DNA from: an uncultured Candidatus Saccharibacteria bacterium
GTDB taxonomy: Bacteria; Patescibacteriota; WWE3; UBA101185; UBA10185
Direction: 5' to 3'
Length of the DNA stretch: 64,000 nucleotides
Assembly (NCBI GenBank): GCA_964385105.1
Contig: CAYLMU010000002.1
Coordinates: forward strand, 250,583-314,582
The notes beneath the pieces are model-generated. The model saw only the letters and a program-made list of their open reading frames with translations, ran no database searches and was not told the origin of the DNA. The position numbers were made by a program, and so were the translations under genes. Positions 49,103-57,413 of this stretch are shown piece by piece (positions within the stretch are counted from its first letter, which is position 1; each line of letters begins with the position of its first letter).

Positions 49103-50129
49103 TTATTTCTCCTTCTTTTTGTGTAGCTATATTAAAAAACATACTCCAGGCAAAATTTGCATAAGTTGTGAAGTATGCACCTAAAGCATACATTCCAATC
49201 AGAAATGCAAAAAATAAAGGCACACCTATTACTACACTAAAAATAATTAATGCGGCTCCAATTGCTTCATCGCTAAAAGATACCGTTCCTAACAACCCAA
49301 AAACCCCCAAAATTAAGAATCCAAAGACTACAAAAAATACAATCCCTGAGATTAAACAACTTGCACAACTCAAGACTATTGCATCAATAAAGTTTTTCTT
49401 GAATACTCTAAATCCGTTTAATAATGCAGGTTTAAATCCAAGTTTATGAATTGCTATAAACCTTGCAGCAAACAGTTCTGAATAGAGTAGTGAAATTATA
49501 AGAACAAGAAACGGCAAAATCAGTAATAATAACAGTATTGTTGAAATTATATATTGTTCCATCGAAAAAAGTATCGAAAAAGGAATTATAATTACCAAGG
49601 ATGCTGCAAGCCTAATAAGTGTTAAATATACTTGAAGTTTAATAAGCTCACGATTTGAAATACGTCCATAAGTACCAAGCTTTTTTAAATTATATGCCCT
49701 ATTAGCAATAGCATCATCAACACCACTAAGCATTGCCCCCAAGGCCCAGTTTCTTATAAAAAGCGTAACAAATATAAAAAAACCTAAATAAAAGATTAAT
49801 CCAACACTAACTAAAACAAAATTAGGCCGTGATTGAGCCATGAGCTGTTTAAAATAATCCGTATCATACATAGGCGCCATACCGACAGAATCCATACTTT
49901 GTGTAATATTCTCTACGCTGTCCCCCAAAACATTGCTCATAGTGTAATCGGTAAAATTAAGTTCTGTGGGGTTTAAAGTTTGCTCTGAATTCTTGTCATC
50001 AAATAAATTTCTGTTGCTAAGGCTGTTAAAGTTTAACGAAGCTGTACCAATCATTAATGCAAACACCCAAAGTATTTTGTGTTGCCAGGCCAGTTTTAAA
50101 GAACGGCTAATAATATATGAAATATCCAC
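49089..50129 (-). CDS. polytopic membrane protein, unknown function
   Basis: 7+ hydrophobic segments. Confidence 0.35.
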   Translation of the reverse strand: MDISYIISRSLKLAWQHKILWVFALMIGTASLNFNSLSNRNLFDDKNSEQTLNPTELNFTDYTMSNVLGDSVENITQSMDSVGMAPMYDTDYFKQLMAQSRPNFVLVSVGLIFYLGFFIFVTLFIRNWALGAMLSGVDDAIANRAYNLKKLGTYGRISNRELIKLQVYLTLIRLAASLVIIIPFSILFSMEQYIISTILLLLLILPFLVLIISLLYSELFAARFIAIHKLGFKPALLNGFRVFKKNFIDAIVLSCASCLISGIVFFVVFGFLILGVFGLLGTVSFSDEAIGAALIIFSVVIGVPLFFAFLIGMYALGAYFTTYANFAWSMFFNIATQKEGEINEQQ

Positions 50130-50171
50130 AAATTAATTGTAATGAATTATTTGTATAGAAGTCAATTTATC

Positions 50172-51194
50172 TTACTTCCCGCTCAACAAATCATTTAACG
50201 GGATATTATTTATTGTAATATTAACGTTATTTATTTGTGGAAATTGCAACGCAACACTTTTGAGCTGTTCTTCAACGCGCGGGTTATCACAGGTTCCTCC
50301 TAAAACTAAACTGCCCGATAACTGAACATTTGCAGTATCATCAAGCACTGTTACACTTTGAACATTCAAACTAGACTGATACAAGGCATTGTAATATCCC
50401 TCGGCGCCATATTGTTGAGTATCAATTTCTAAAAGTTGCGAATATAGCGAGGCAACTTGTACATCAAGCGGAGCGCTTTGATCAAGTTCGGCAGGTACAC
50501 TAACTAAGCTGTCATTACACCCTATTTGCCGACCAATTCTTCCGTTATCCTCAATTGCGACCATATAAATATTATTAAGCAAAGTTATATTTTTGGAGTT
50601 TAATTCTAAGGTTTCTAGCATTTCATTAACTAATTCATTAAAACCCTGCATTTCAGGATCCGCAGTTGTGTTTATTATATGTAGATAAGCCCCCTCATTC
50701 ATAAACGGTAAGAGTATATGTTGTTGTGTGCCAATCCCTTCAACAGTATAAGTAATTCCTTCAATGCTGTTTATTGTAATTGACGAAGGTTCTTCTACTA
50801 TAGTCTCAATAGGTGCTTCAGATGTTTTTTCATTGGCAACCTCAGCTAATGTACGACCCTGGAGTGCTTCAGGTCTTATAACAAGGCTAATTCCGTCATA
50901 AAATTCAGTATTAGGTTCTTGTGTTGGTCCTTCTATGAATAGTTGAGCATATCCGTCCGGAGTAATGCGTGTATTTACATCATCGGGATGATATATCTTA
51001 AATCCCATACCCTCAGGCTCATATAAATTCCAACCTTCAGGTATGTCATTTGCATTTTCATCTCCGGGAGTTACAACATCGTTACCATTGTTATTAGTGG
51101 GAACATCGCTATTACGTATAACAAACAAAATAATCCCAAGCATAGCCAAAACAATTATTAATGCACCTATAATTCCGACAATTCTTTTTTTCAT
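50172..51194 (-). CDS. membrane-anchored protein with GerMN-like C-terminal domain
   Basis: N-terminal TM; C-terminal GSLVLGGTCDNPRVEEQL pattern similar to GerMN domain. Confidence 0.35.
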   Translation of the reverse strand: MKKRIVGIIGALIIVLAMLGIILFVIRNSDVPTNNNGNDVVTPGDENANDIPEGWNLYEPEGMGFKIYHPDDVNTRITPDGYAQLFIEGPTQEPNTEFYDGISLVIRPEALQGRTLAEVANEKTSEAPIETIVEEPSSITINSIEGITYTVEGIGTQQHILLPFMNEGAYLHIINTTADPEMQGFNELVNEMLETLELNSKNITLLNNIYMVAIEDNGRIGRQIGCNDSLVSVPAELDQSAPLDVQVASLYSQLLEIDTQQYGAEGYYNALYQSSLNVQSVTVLDDTANVQLSGSLVLGGTCDNPRVEEQLKSVALQFPQINNVNITINNIPLNDLLSGK

Positions 51195-51270
51195 GAGAGT
51201 ATTATATATGTAAAATGTTAATTAACCAGTAATTTAATGTAAATGATTTGTGAGCTTCACTAAAAAAATT

Positions 51271-51308
51271 GGACGTATCGCAGTTAATTCGTTGAATACG
51301 ATACGTCC
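51271..51308 (-). terminator. Rho-independent terminator (minus strand)
   Basis: Perfect 10-bp stem ggacgtatcg/cgatacgtcc, 18-nt loop, followed on minus strand by AATTTTTTT. Confidence 0.5.
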
Positions 51309-51357
51309 TAAGATTCGCTCCCCTATTTTTTTAGGGTTTTACTTCACCTACTTTTTT

Positions 51358-51516
51358 ATTGCCCTTGTTCTTGTTCTTGTTCTAGTCGTGCTTGTCTAGC
51401 TGCGGCAGCAGCTTCGCTTTCGGCAGTCCGCTTATCTTTGAGTTTCTTGTGCTTTTCTCTATCCTCTTGATTTCGTTTCTGATTAATTTGACGTTTTCGC
51501 TTTCTACCCACAGACA
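51358..51516 (-). CDS. small highly basic/charged protein (52 aa)
   Basis: Hand-translated MSVGRKRKRQINQKRNQEDREKHKKLKDKRTAESEAAAAARQARLEQEQEQGQ; own terminator downstream. Confidence 0.25.
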
Positions 51517-51745
51517 TACTGAACACTCCTTTGAAAACTCAACAATAAAATAGGTGTAAGAATTAGTATAACCTAAAATAGAGAAAGGGCAAATATATAG
51601 ACAAATAGCAATTTAAATGATAATATAATTTTGGCTCTGTAGAAGTTGAGAAATTTTTTATTAGTAAGAAGAAATTCCCTACTCTTAGAGATTTAAGTAA
51701 GTATGTTTTTTATATTAAGAATAAATCGAAGGGTGGTGAATTTAC

Positions 51746-52042
51746 TTGACTAAGTTATACGTAGGAAACTTACCCTATTCATATACTGAAGATAACCTTA
51801 GGACACTCTTTGCTGATTATGGCAACGTTAATAGTGCTACTATTATCATTGACAGAAACAGCGGAAGAAGTAAAGGATTCGGATTTGTTGAGTTGGAAGA
51901 TAGTTCTGCTGCAGAAACTGCTATTTCTGAATTAAATGGTAAAGACGTTGACGGAAGAAATATTGTAGTTAATGAAGCAAGACCTATGACCGACAGACCT
52001 CGAAGAAACTTTGATAACAACAGAGGTGGATACAACAGATAA
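51746..52042 (+). CDS. RRM-domain RNA-binding protein (TTG start)
   Basis: RNP-2 LYVGNL and RNP-1 KGFGFVE motifs; Gly/Arg-rich tail; GGTGG RBS 7 nt upstream of TTG. Confidence 0.85.
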   Translation: MTKLYVGNLPYSYTEDNLRTLFADYGNVNSATIIIDRNSGRSKGFGFVELEDSSAAETAISELNGKDVDGRNIVVNEARPMTDRPRRNFDNNRGGYNR

Positions 52043-52064
52043 TAAATAGGTTAATTTAAATTAG

Positions 52065-52092
52065 AAAGCCGGGGTTTAACCTCGGCTTTTTT
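52065..52092. terminator. bidirectional Rho-independent terminator between convergent genes
   Basis: Stem gccgggg/cctcggc with TTTTTT tract on plus strand and A-tract (T on minus) upstream. Confidence 0.45.
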
Positions 52093-52696
52093 ATGAGGAT
52101 TGTTCTTGCAGCAAGTTTTCAGTTTCCTCGCTATTTGTGTTATTTTCAGTGTTTTCAACTTCATTTAATGTAGTGTCTTCTTCGGTCACCTCCGGACTAT
52201 TGTTATTCTGCAACTCATTTTTTTGCGACTCATTTTTTTGCGGTTCTTCTTCTATAGAAAGCTCCCAAAGCTCTGTCCACTTTGAACATTTGCCGCTTTT
52301 CGTACATGATTTTACCCTCCACCAGACATCCTTATTTGAAAAATCTGTGATTTTGACATTATTTTTATTTAGCTTTCCTGACTTATGCATGATTTTCTTC
52401 ATATCTTTATCTTGGTATGATTCGTAATAATAAAAAACCTCCTCCCGACCTTCGCACGGTGAATTAACTGTCTTCCACTCAAAGTCTGGTTTTTCTTTCC
52501 ACTTTGATTTATTTGTGGATAGTTTGTTCTTCGGAGATTTTAACTGTGGTTGTTCCGGCTCAACAATACATCCGAACTCAATTTTATTTTCAGTTATAGT
52601 TACATCAGATTTGTAAAATGCACTTGTAATATTAACAAGTGTAAAACTGCCAACCAAAGCAACTATAAATATTCTTGATAAAGTTTTCAAATTCAT
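52091..52696 (-). CDS. secreted Cys-rich protein, last gene of SipW/TasA-like operon
   Basis: Signal peptide; 8 Cys in mature region; acidic C-terminus. Confidence 0.35.
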   Translation of the reverse strand: MNLKTLSRIFIVALVGSFTLVNITSAFYKSDVTITENKIEFGCIVEPEQPQLKSPKNKLSTNKSKWKEKPDFEWKTVNSPCEGREEVFYYYESYQDKDMKKIMHKSGKLNKNNVKITDFSNKDVWWRVKSCTKSGKCSKWTELWELSIEEEPQKNESQKNELQNNNSPEVTEEDTTLNEVENTENNTNSEETENLLQEQSS

Positions 52697-53256
52697 ATTG
52701 CTGTTTCTAATATAGATTCCTTCTTTTTACGTCTCCTTTCGATTATCTTTTTTAACTCATTTCTAATACTGATAATTTCACTATAAACTATGAGTGTCGA
52801 TGGAATAATTATAAGTGCAATTAAACCTAGCTGGGTTCTTGCAAAAACCACGGGATAACCCAATAAAGGCACACTAAATAAAACTTTACCTACAATCCGA
52901 TCTGCACTAATTAATTCTCCGTCAGGAGCATCATTAGCGTCCCCTTTTGTTCTAAACATCATTTCTCCGTCTTCACGTATTATTTCAAAAACTCTGTGAG
53001 TTGTAGTAGAAGCAGGATTGTCTAAGTTCGGGTCTGAATCCATTGTAAAGGTTATCACATCGCCTGCACTGTATACATCAACAGCTTTAACTGCAACTAT
53101 GCTGCCGGTTTTAATTGCAGGCTCCATAGAACCACTTTGAACAGTGTATAATTTATAACCTCCCGGTATGTCTAATATCGATGCAGCAACAACGCCTGCT
53201 GTAATAACTAGTAACAAGATTATGAAAATGTATAAAATATTAATAATGCTTTTCAT
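52693..53256 (-). CDS. sipW: signal peptidase I, archaeal/ER type (SipW-like)
   Basis: N-terminal TM, SGSMEP catalytic Ser motif, conserved His (TTHRV), GDAND motif, C-terminal TM anchor. Confidence 0.7.
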   Translation of the reverse strand: MKSIINILYIFIILLLVITAGVVAASILDIPGGYKLYTVQSGSMEPAIKTGSIVAVKAVDVYSAGDVITFTMDSDPNLDNPASTTTHRVFEIIREDGEMMFRTKGDANDAPDGELISADRIVGKVLFSVPLLGYPVVFARTQLGLIALIIIPSTLIVYSEIISIRNELKKIIERRRKKKESILETAI

Positions 53257-53326
53257 ACCTGCTCCTTGCTAATTGATATCTTAATAGCCCTCGCAAGTAC
53301 ACTTACAAGGGCTTTAAAACATCAAG

Positions 53327-53905
53327 TTAATTACTTCTTGCCTCTATAACAAAATCCCATGTTAATTCTGAACCCATCAAAGATCCTTGATCTGAACCAC
53401 TTTCGGGTAAGTACACGGTGTACCGCATATCCTGTGTGCTCCCAACAATCAATTCACTCCAATGCCCGGCAAACAAATCAACATCTATTAAATCCTCTAA
53501 CTTACCTTCATAAACGGTATGCTCCATTGCACCACTAAGTCTTCCTACTTCTATTCTAATCATTACTTTCTGCCATAACCCGGATCCATTGTCGTTTGCA
53601 TTTTCAACATTAAGCACTAAGCTTTTTGCGTCAACAGAACTTGGTCCTGCGAACCAGGGAGGGCCATAGTTTTGTAGTGCATATACCGGTGATACCGATC
53701 CGTCCTCGAATCCATCAACCGGAACAACTCCTGTGAATGTTGCACCAACTACAGTTGGCTCACCATTAACTCGTAATTCCAGTGCACCGGTTGATAGTGT
53801 ATTACCGGTGATTGTAGCTGTATCTGAGAAATATGCTCTGGTAGCACCAATACTTGATGCTGTCATCAGTGTAATTACTACTAGACTTAATATTATTTTT
53901 TTCAT
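53327..53905 (-). CDS. TasA/camelysin-like secreted protein with SipW-cognate class signal peptide
   Basis: N-terminus MKKIILSLVVITLMTASSIGATRAYFSDTATITGNTLSTGALEL matches SipW-cognate signal class (G-T-x-A-Y-F-S/T-D-T-x...N-x-F/L-x-x-G-x-L-x-L). Confidence 0.65.
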   Translation of the reverse strand: MKKIILSLVVITLMTASSIGATRAYFSDTATITGNTLSTGALELRVNGEPTVVGATFTGVVPVDGFEDGSVSPVYALQNYGPPWFAGPSSVDAKSLVLNVENANDNGSGLWQKVMIRIEVGRLSGAMEHTVYEGKLEDLIDVDLFAGHWSELIVGSTQDMRYTVYLPESGSDQGSLMGSELTWDFVIEARSN

Positions 53906-53949
53906 TTCTTCTCACCTCCCACCAGATTAATTTTATACAAATTCCTTAA

Positions 53950-54744
53950 TTAAGGAAGTGTTGCTTCTTGCTTTGCAATTTGAGCATTCATCCAACTTGT
54001 GTGATTAGATCCGGGTCCACTGAGTCTTGGCTGAGAACTAAACAATGCATCCAATGCACCAGAGTCAACCTGTGTTGCATGAACAGTGTATGATAAATCT
54101 AGTGATTTACCCATATAGGTGTTGTCAGCATCCGGATGCATAGCTAGCTTAAATGTAAATCGGTACTTAAAGTCGTCATTAGCTAACAACGATCCCATTT
54201 GAACACCTCCACCTGCTCCCATTGCATTAGCATTGTTCCAAGAATTAAGAGAGACTACTTGAAACGGTGTTGAGTTATTGGCAAGAGTTTGGTAATAGGA
54301 GTTCCATGAATGACCGTTAAGTCCTGACACATTACCTGTACCATTAAGAATAAACTGATCAGTACCAGTAGGTTCCCAATTTCCATTTGGCACAAGAAAT
54401 TCGGTTTTTGCTTCTTTGATATATATAGCATCACCAAGCGCTGCATCACCGGTTAAAGTAAAGTAAGCAACCCACCCAAGGTCAATATTTCCATCATTAA
54501 CTATTTCCACAGTAAAATCTGGGGTTTCTTCACCCGGCTCCAAAACCATATCTGGAAGCGTCCAAGTAAAGGTTTCTTCTGAAACTTCTTCTGTGCTACC
54601 GTTCACACTAACCGTAAATGAACCGGTTGATAAGGTTCTTACATCTCCCAATACTGCAGTGTCGGTTAAATATGCTCGGGTTGCACTAAATATAAGCCCT
54701 GAAGCACCAATTAACAAAGCAAAACTTAATAATAGTCTTTTCAT
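53950..54744 (-). CDS. TasA/camelysin-like secreted protein with SipW-cognate class signal peptide (larger paralog)
   Basis: N-terminus MKRLLLSFALLIGASGLIFSATRAYLTDTAVLGDVRTLSTGSFTV; beta-rich mature domain. Confidence 0.65.
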   Translation of the reverse strand: MKRLLLSFALLIGASGLIFSATRAYLTDTAVLGDVRTLSTGSFTVSVNGSTEEVSEETFTWTLPDMVLEPGEETPDFTVEIVNDGNIDLGWVAYFTLTGDAALGDAIYIKEAKTEFLVPNGNWEPTGTDQFILNGTGNVSGLNGHSWNSYYQTLANNSTPFQVVSLNSWNNANAMGAGGGVQMGSLLANDDFKYRFTFKLAMHPDADNTYMGKSLDLSYTVHATQVDSGALDALFSSQPRLSGPGSNHTSWMNAQIAKQEATLP

Positions 54745-55044
54745 TATTTTTCACCCCCTTTAGTCAAAAACAAGTACAAAAAAGCCAGCTTTTTAAAGAC
54801 TGGCATTAGTTTTTGTATATTAATTTTGTATTATTCTTCATAATTTGAATTAAGAATCCTAGTACGTAAACTGTGTTTCCGGAAAGAAAATACTCGATAG
54901 TCTAATACTATGAGATTGGTTACTACTTGTCAAATAGTCATAGATTTTAGAATTATTGATAAACCAACTAAATTAATTGTTTCATAGATCACAGATTTTA
55001 ATATTTCTTCGTCGTTATAATAAATTATTTCTGAGTAGTAATAT

Positions 55045-55568
55045 TTAAATTATAAATGTAGATTGAATTCCATAATGATCCGATATATAAACTTCTTTAT
55101 CCTTATAATGCACCGGCTGCGAAAAAACTGTTTCCTGTTTTATTAATGAATTCTTAAAACCCTTAAATAGTGTGTAATCATATCTTTTGTCACTTTTAAT
55201 CCATCTACGAGCAAGTGAACTTACGGTTGGATTATGCATATCAAATGTGATAGCGTCTTTTTCATATAATGGGTCATACAAATCTCCTCTGTGTCCTCAT
55301 GCCTCCATGTCTTGTCTTTTGTATTTAACGAATTTACTGTCTACCGGGGTATTATAATAAATTCTGAAGAACTTGTAATCCTATAGTTCATGGCACTTAC
55401 ATTGGTGTATTCGAACTGAGAGTTACATACTAAAAGTTTTGACATAAAAAAAAGACCATGCTTCTCTCGGGATTTCTCCTTTGATTGCATGGTCAAACTA
55501 AACCTAACAAACAAAACAAAGTCTAAGACACTGCTACAAGTTGCAACAACAGAGTGCCTTTCTAACAA
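55045..55568 (-). pseudogene. degraded endonuclease/exonuclease/phosphatase (EEP) family gene remnant
   Basis: C-terminal fragment 55045-55281 ends ...VYISDHYGIQSTFII (SDHxPV-type EEP terminus); upstream fragment MSKLLVCNSQFEY in another frame interrupted by stops. Confidence 0.35.
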
Positions 55569-55584
55569 AACTAACAGGATTGGT

Positions 55585-56211
55585 TTATATCATGCACCAA
55601 TCTGCTTCAGAGTCCTCGCCAAGGTAATCGATACAAGACTGCCGGAATGCCTGACGACGAAGCGTTTTCTCCCTTTCAATCAGTTCTTGCATCAACCACT
55701 TTTCGAAGCGGCTCAGAGTAGCCAAACCTTTGTCCCTGGAGATTAATCGATCAATGTCAGATACATAGCCAGAAAGGTACCCTACTTCTGTATGGAGCAG
55801 GCGAAGATACAACTTGCTGCCGTACTTGGTACCAGCGATCACAACGAGGAAGAAGTCTTTTATACCCATTTCGAGCACACCACGAAAGGTTCTATCGGAC
55901 TCCTTTTTCACGATCTTGATCAACTCGACAACGACAATTTGCAAGACACTCAAAAGAACCTTCAGTTTCGGAGGGGTTTCTACCGAATTCTTCTGGTATT
56001 TTCCAAGCGCTTGCAGTACCCGGGAATCTTCCTCAAGGGAATCCAACAACAGGTCGAAAGCTACATCGGCCTCCGAGGAACTTCCATCGTGATGCAACGC
56101 GACTAGTCTTCTGAGGATTTCAACCTCATTAGGATCTAGACCATAAATGGCTACTACACTATCAAACACTTTCTGGTTCATCACAACCTCCCTAATATAT
56201 ATAGTGTGCAA
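55585..56211 (-). CDS. hypothetical protein (208 aa), GC-rich island
   Basis: ORF in compositionally atypical DNA. Confidence 0.35.
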   Translation of the reverse strand: MHTIYIREVVMNQKVFDSVVAIYGLDPNEVEILRRLVALHHDGSSSEADVAFDLLLDSLEEDSRVLQALGKYQKNSVETPPKLKVLLSVLQIVVVELIKIVKKESDRTFRGVLEMGIKDFFLVVIAGTKYGSKLYLRLLHTEVGYLSGYVSDIDRLISRDKGLATLSRFEKWLMQELIEREKTLRRQAFRQSCIDYLGEDSEADWCMI

Positions 56212-56370
56212 CTCCCATAATTATAGTAGAAATATGGGCACCGGTCAACCTATAGTTTTGGAGTCTCTTACGGTGTGTTGATCGAACTTAAAGAAATTTA
56301 GTTGAGTTGATGAAATGAAAAAGCCCAGAGATTTCACCCAATAAACGGTGTGCTCCAGGCTTTATACAAA

Positions 56371-56871
56371 TCAAGGATTGAAGTAAGCATCCCAAAACTC
56401 AGGATCATTTATCTGCTCTTCCCACCCCTCTAAACAATCGCACAAACCCATGTCTTTAAGGCACAGTTCACACTTTCCATAGTTTTCATCTCTGTCATAG
56501 GCCAAAGACCAAGGATGGTTTGCGGTATCTCTAAAGAGGTACCTAGTTAACCATTCTCTAACTTCCGGAGTAGAGTCGAACTTATCGCCTTTATTATAAA
56601 CTGTTTCTCGAGCGCCATCGAAATCGCCTAGCAAAAGCTGATGAGCAATATCTCTCGCAACCTGACTACCTCTTCCACTGTTAAGCGGCCCTTGCAGCTT
56701 ATGAAGCTCCTTAGACAGAAACCTCGGTGTAAGTTCAATCCAAAACCGCAAGTTTTCTTGTTCATGTATAAGTCCTATGCTGTGAAGAGCTGATTCCAAA
56801 TCTGGGCCTTCAATCTCTTCAATCTCTCCACTACGCCAAGTAAGCCGATATATAGGCATCACTTCCTCCAA
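56371..56871 (-). CDS. hypothetical protein (166 aa), GC-rich island
   Basis: ORF; C-terminal Cys cluster CELCLKDMGLCDC. Confidence 0.35.
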   Translation of the reverse strand: MEEVMPIYRLTWRSGEIEEIEGPDLESALHSIGLIHEQENLRFWIELTPRFLSKELHKLQGPLNSGRGSQVARDIAHQLLLGDFDGARETVYNKGDKFDSTPEVREWLTRYLFRDTANHPWSLAYDRDENYGKCELCLKDMGLCDCLEGWEEQINDPEFWDAYFNP

Positions 56872-56879
56872 AATTACAG

Positions 56880-57170
56880 CTAAAGTCGATAAACAGGATA
56901 AGATCCGGTGCGAATAGCGTATGCAACTTCAGGATCACTCGGATCAACAGGTGTGGCTATCACAGTGTCGACCACAAGTGCACGACACTTCCCACAGTCC
57001 CATTTTCTACCACCCAACTCATCTGTTGGAAGAACATCATTACTTCCACACGCTACATGGGTGAATACCACATAAATATGGTTGTAAACGGGAGAGTCAA
57101 GAACCTTCAGTAACTTATATGCGAAATCCTTGACCAATATCCTAACACGCCATTTAAGTAACTCTAGCAT
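56880..57170 (-). CDS. hypothetical protein (96 aa), possible zinc-ribbon (CGSND...CGKC)
   Basis: ORF with two Cys pairs. Confidence 0.3.
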   Translation of the reverse strand: MLELLKWRVRILVKDFAYKLLKVLDSPVYNHIYVVFTHVACGSNDVLPTDELGGRKWDCGKCRALVVDTVIATPVDPSDPEVAYAIRTGSYPVYRL

Positions 57171-57244
57171 TCCTATGCTCCTTGTTCGGTTTTTAATACG
57201 CAGTTATTATAATAAATTCTAGAGTGTTTGTAAACCTATAGTCT

Positions 57245-57320
57245 TGGGGTGACCGACGGGGATCGAACCCGTGACATCCGCCTCCACAGGGCGGCGTTCT
57301 ACCGCTGAACTACGGCCACC
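57245..57320 (-). tRNA. tRNA-His (anticodon GTG) with genomically encoded G-1
   Basis: Extra 5' G pairing with discriminator C73, D-stem GTTC/GAAC, anticodon loop CTGTGGA, T-loop TTCGATC, CCA encoded. Confidence 0.9.
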
Positions 57321-57413
57321 ATATCTTGCAAAAAAGCCATTTTTCAACTTAAAAAGCATTGAAATTATAACACACAGTACATTAAGCACACTTTTGTTAT
57401 AAACAAAAAAGAC

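Larger units (their letters stand above)
55585..57170 (-). other. higher-GC (~45%) three-gene island of unknown function adjacent to tRNA-His 3' end
   Basis: Visibly elevated G+C in 55585-57170 relative to flanks; all three ORFs lack recognizable motifs. Confidence 0.5.
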
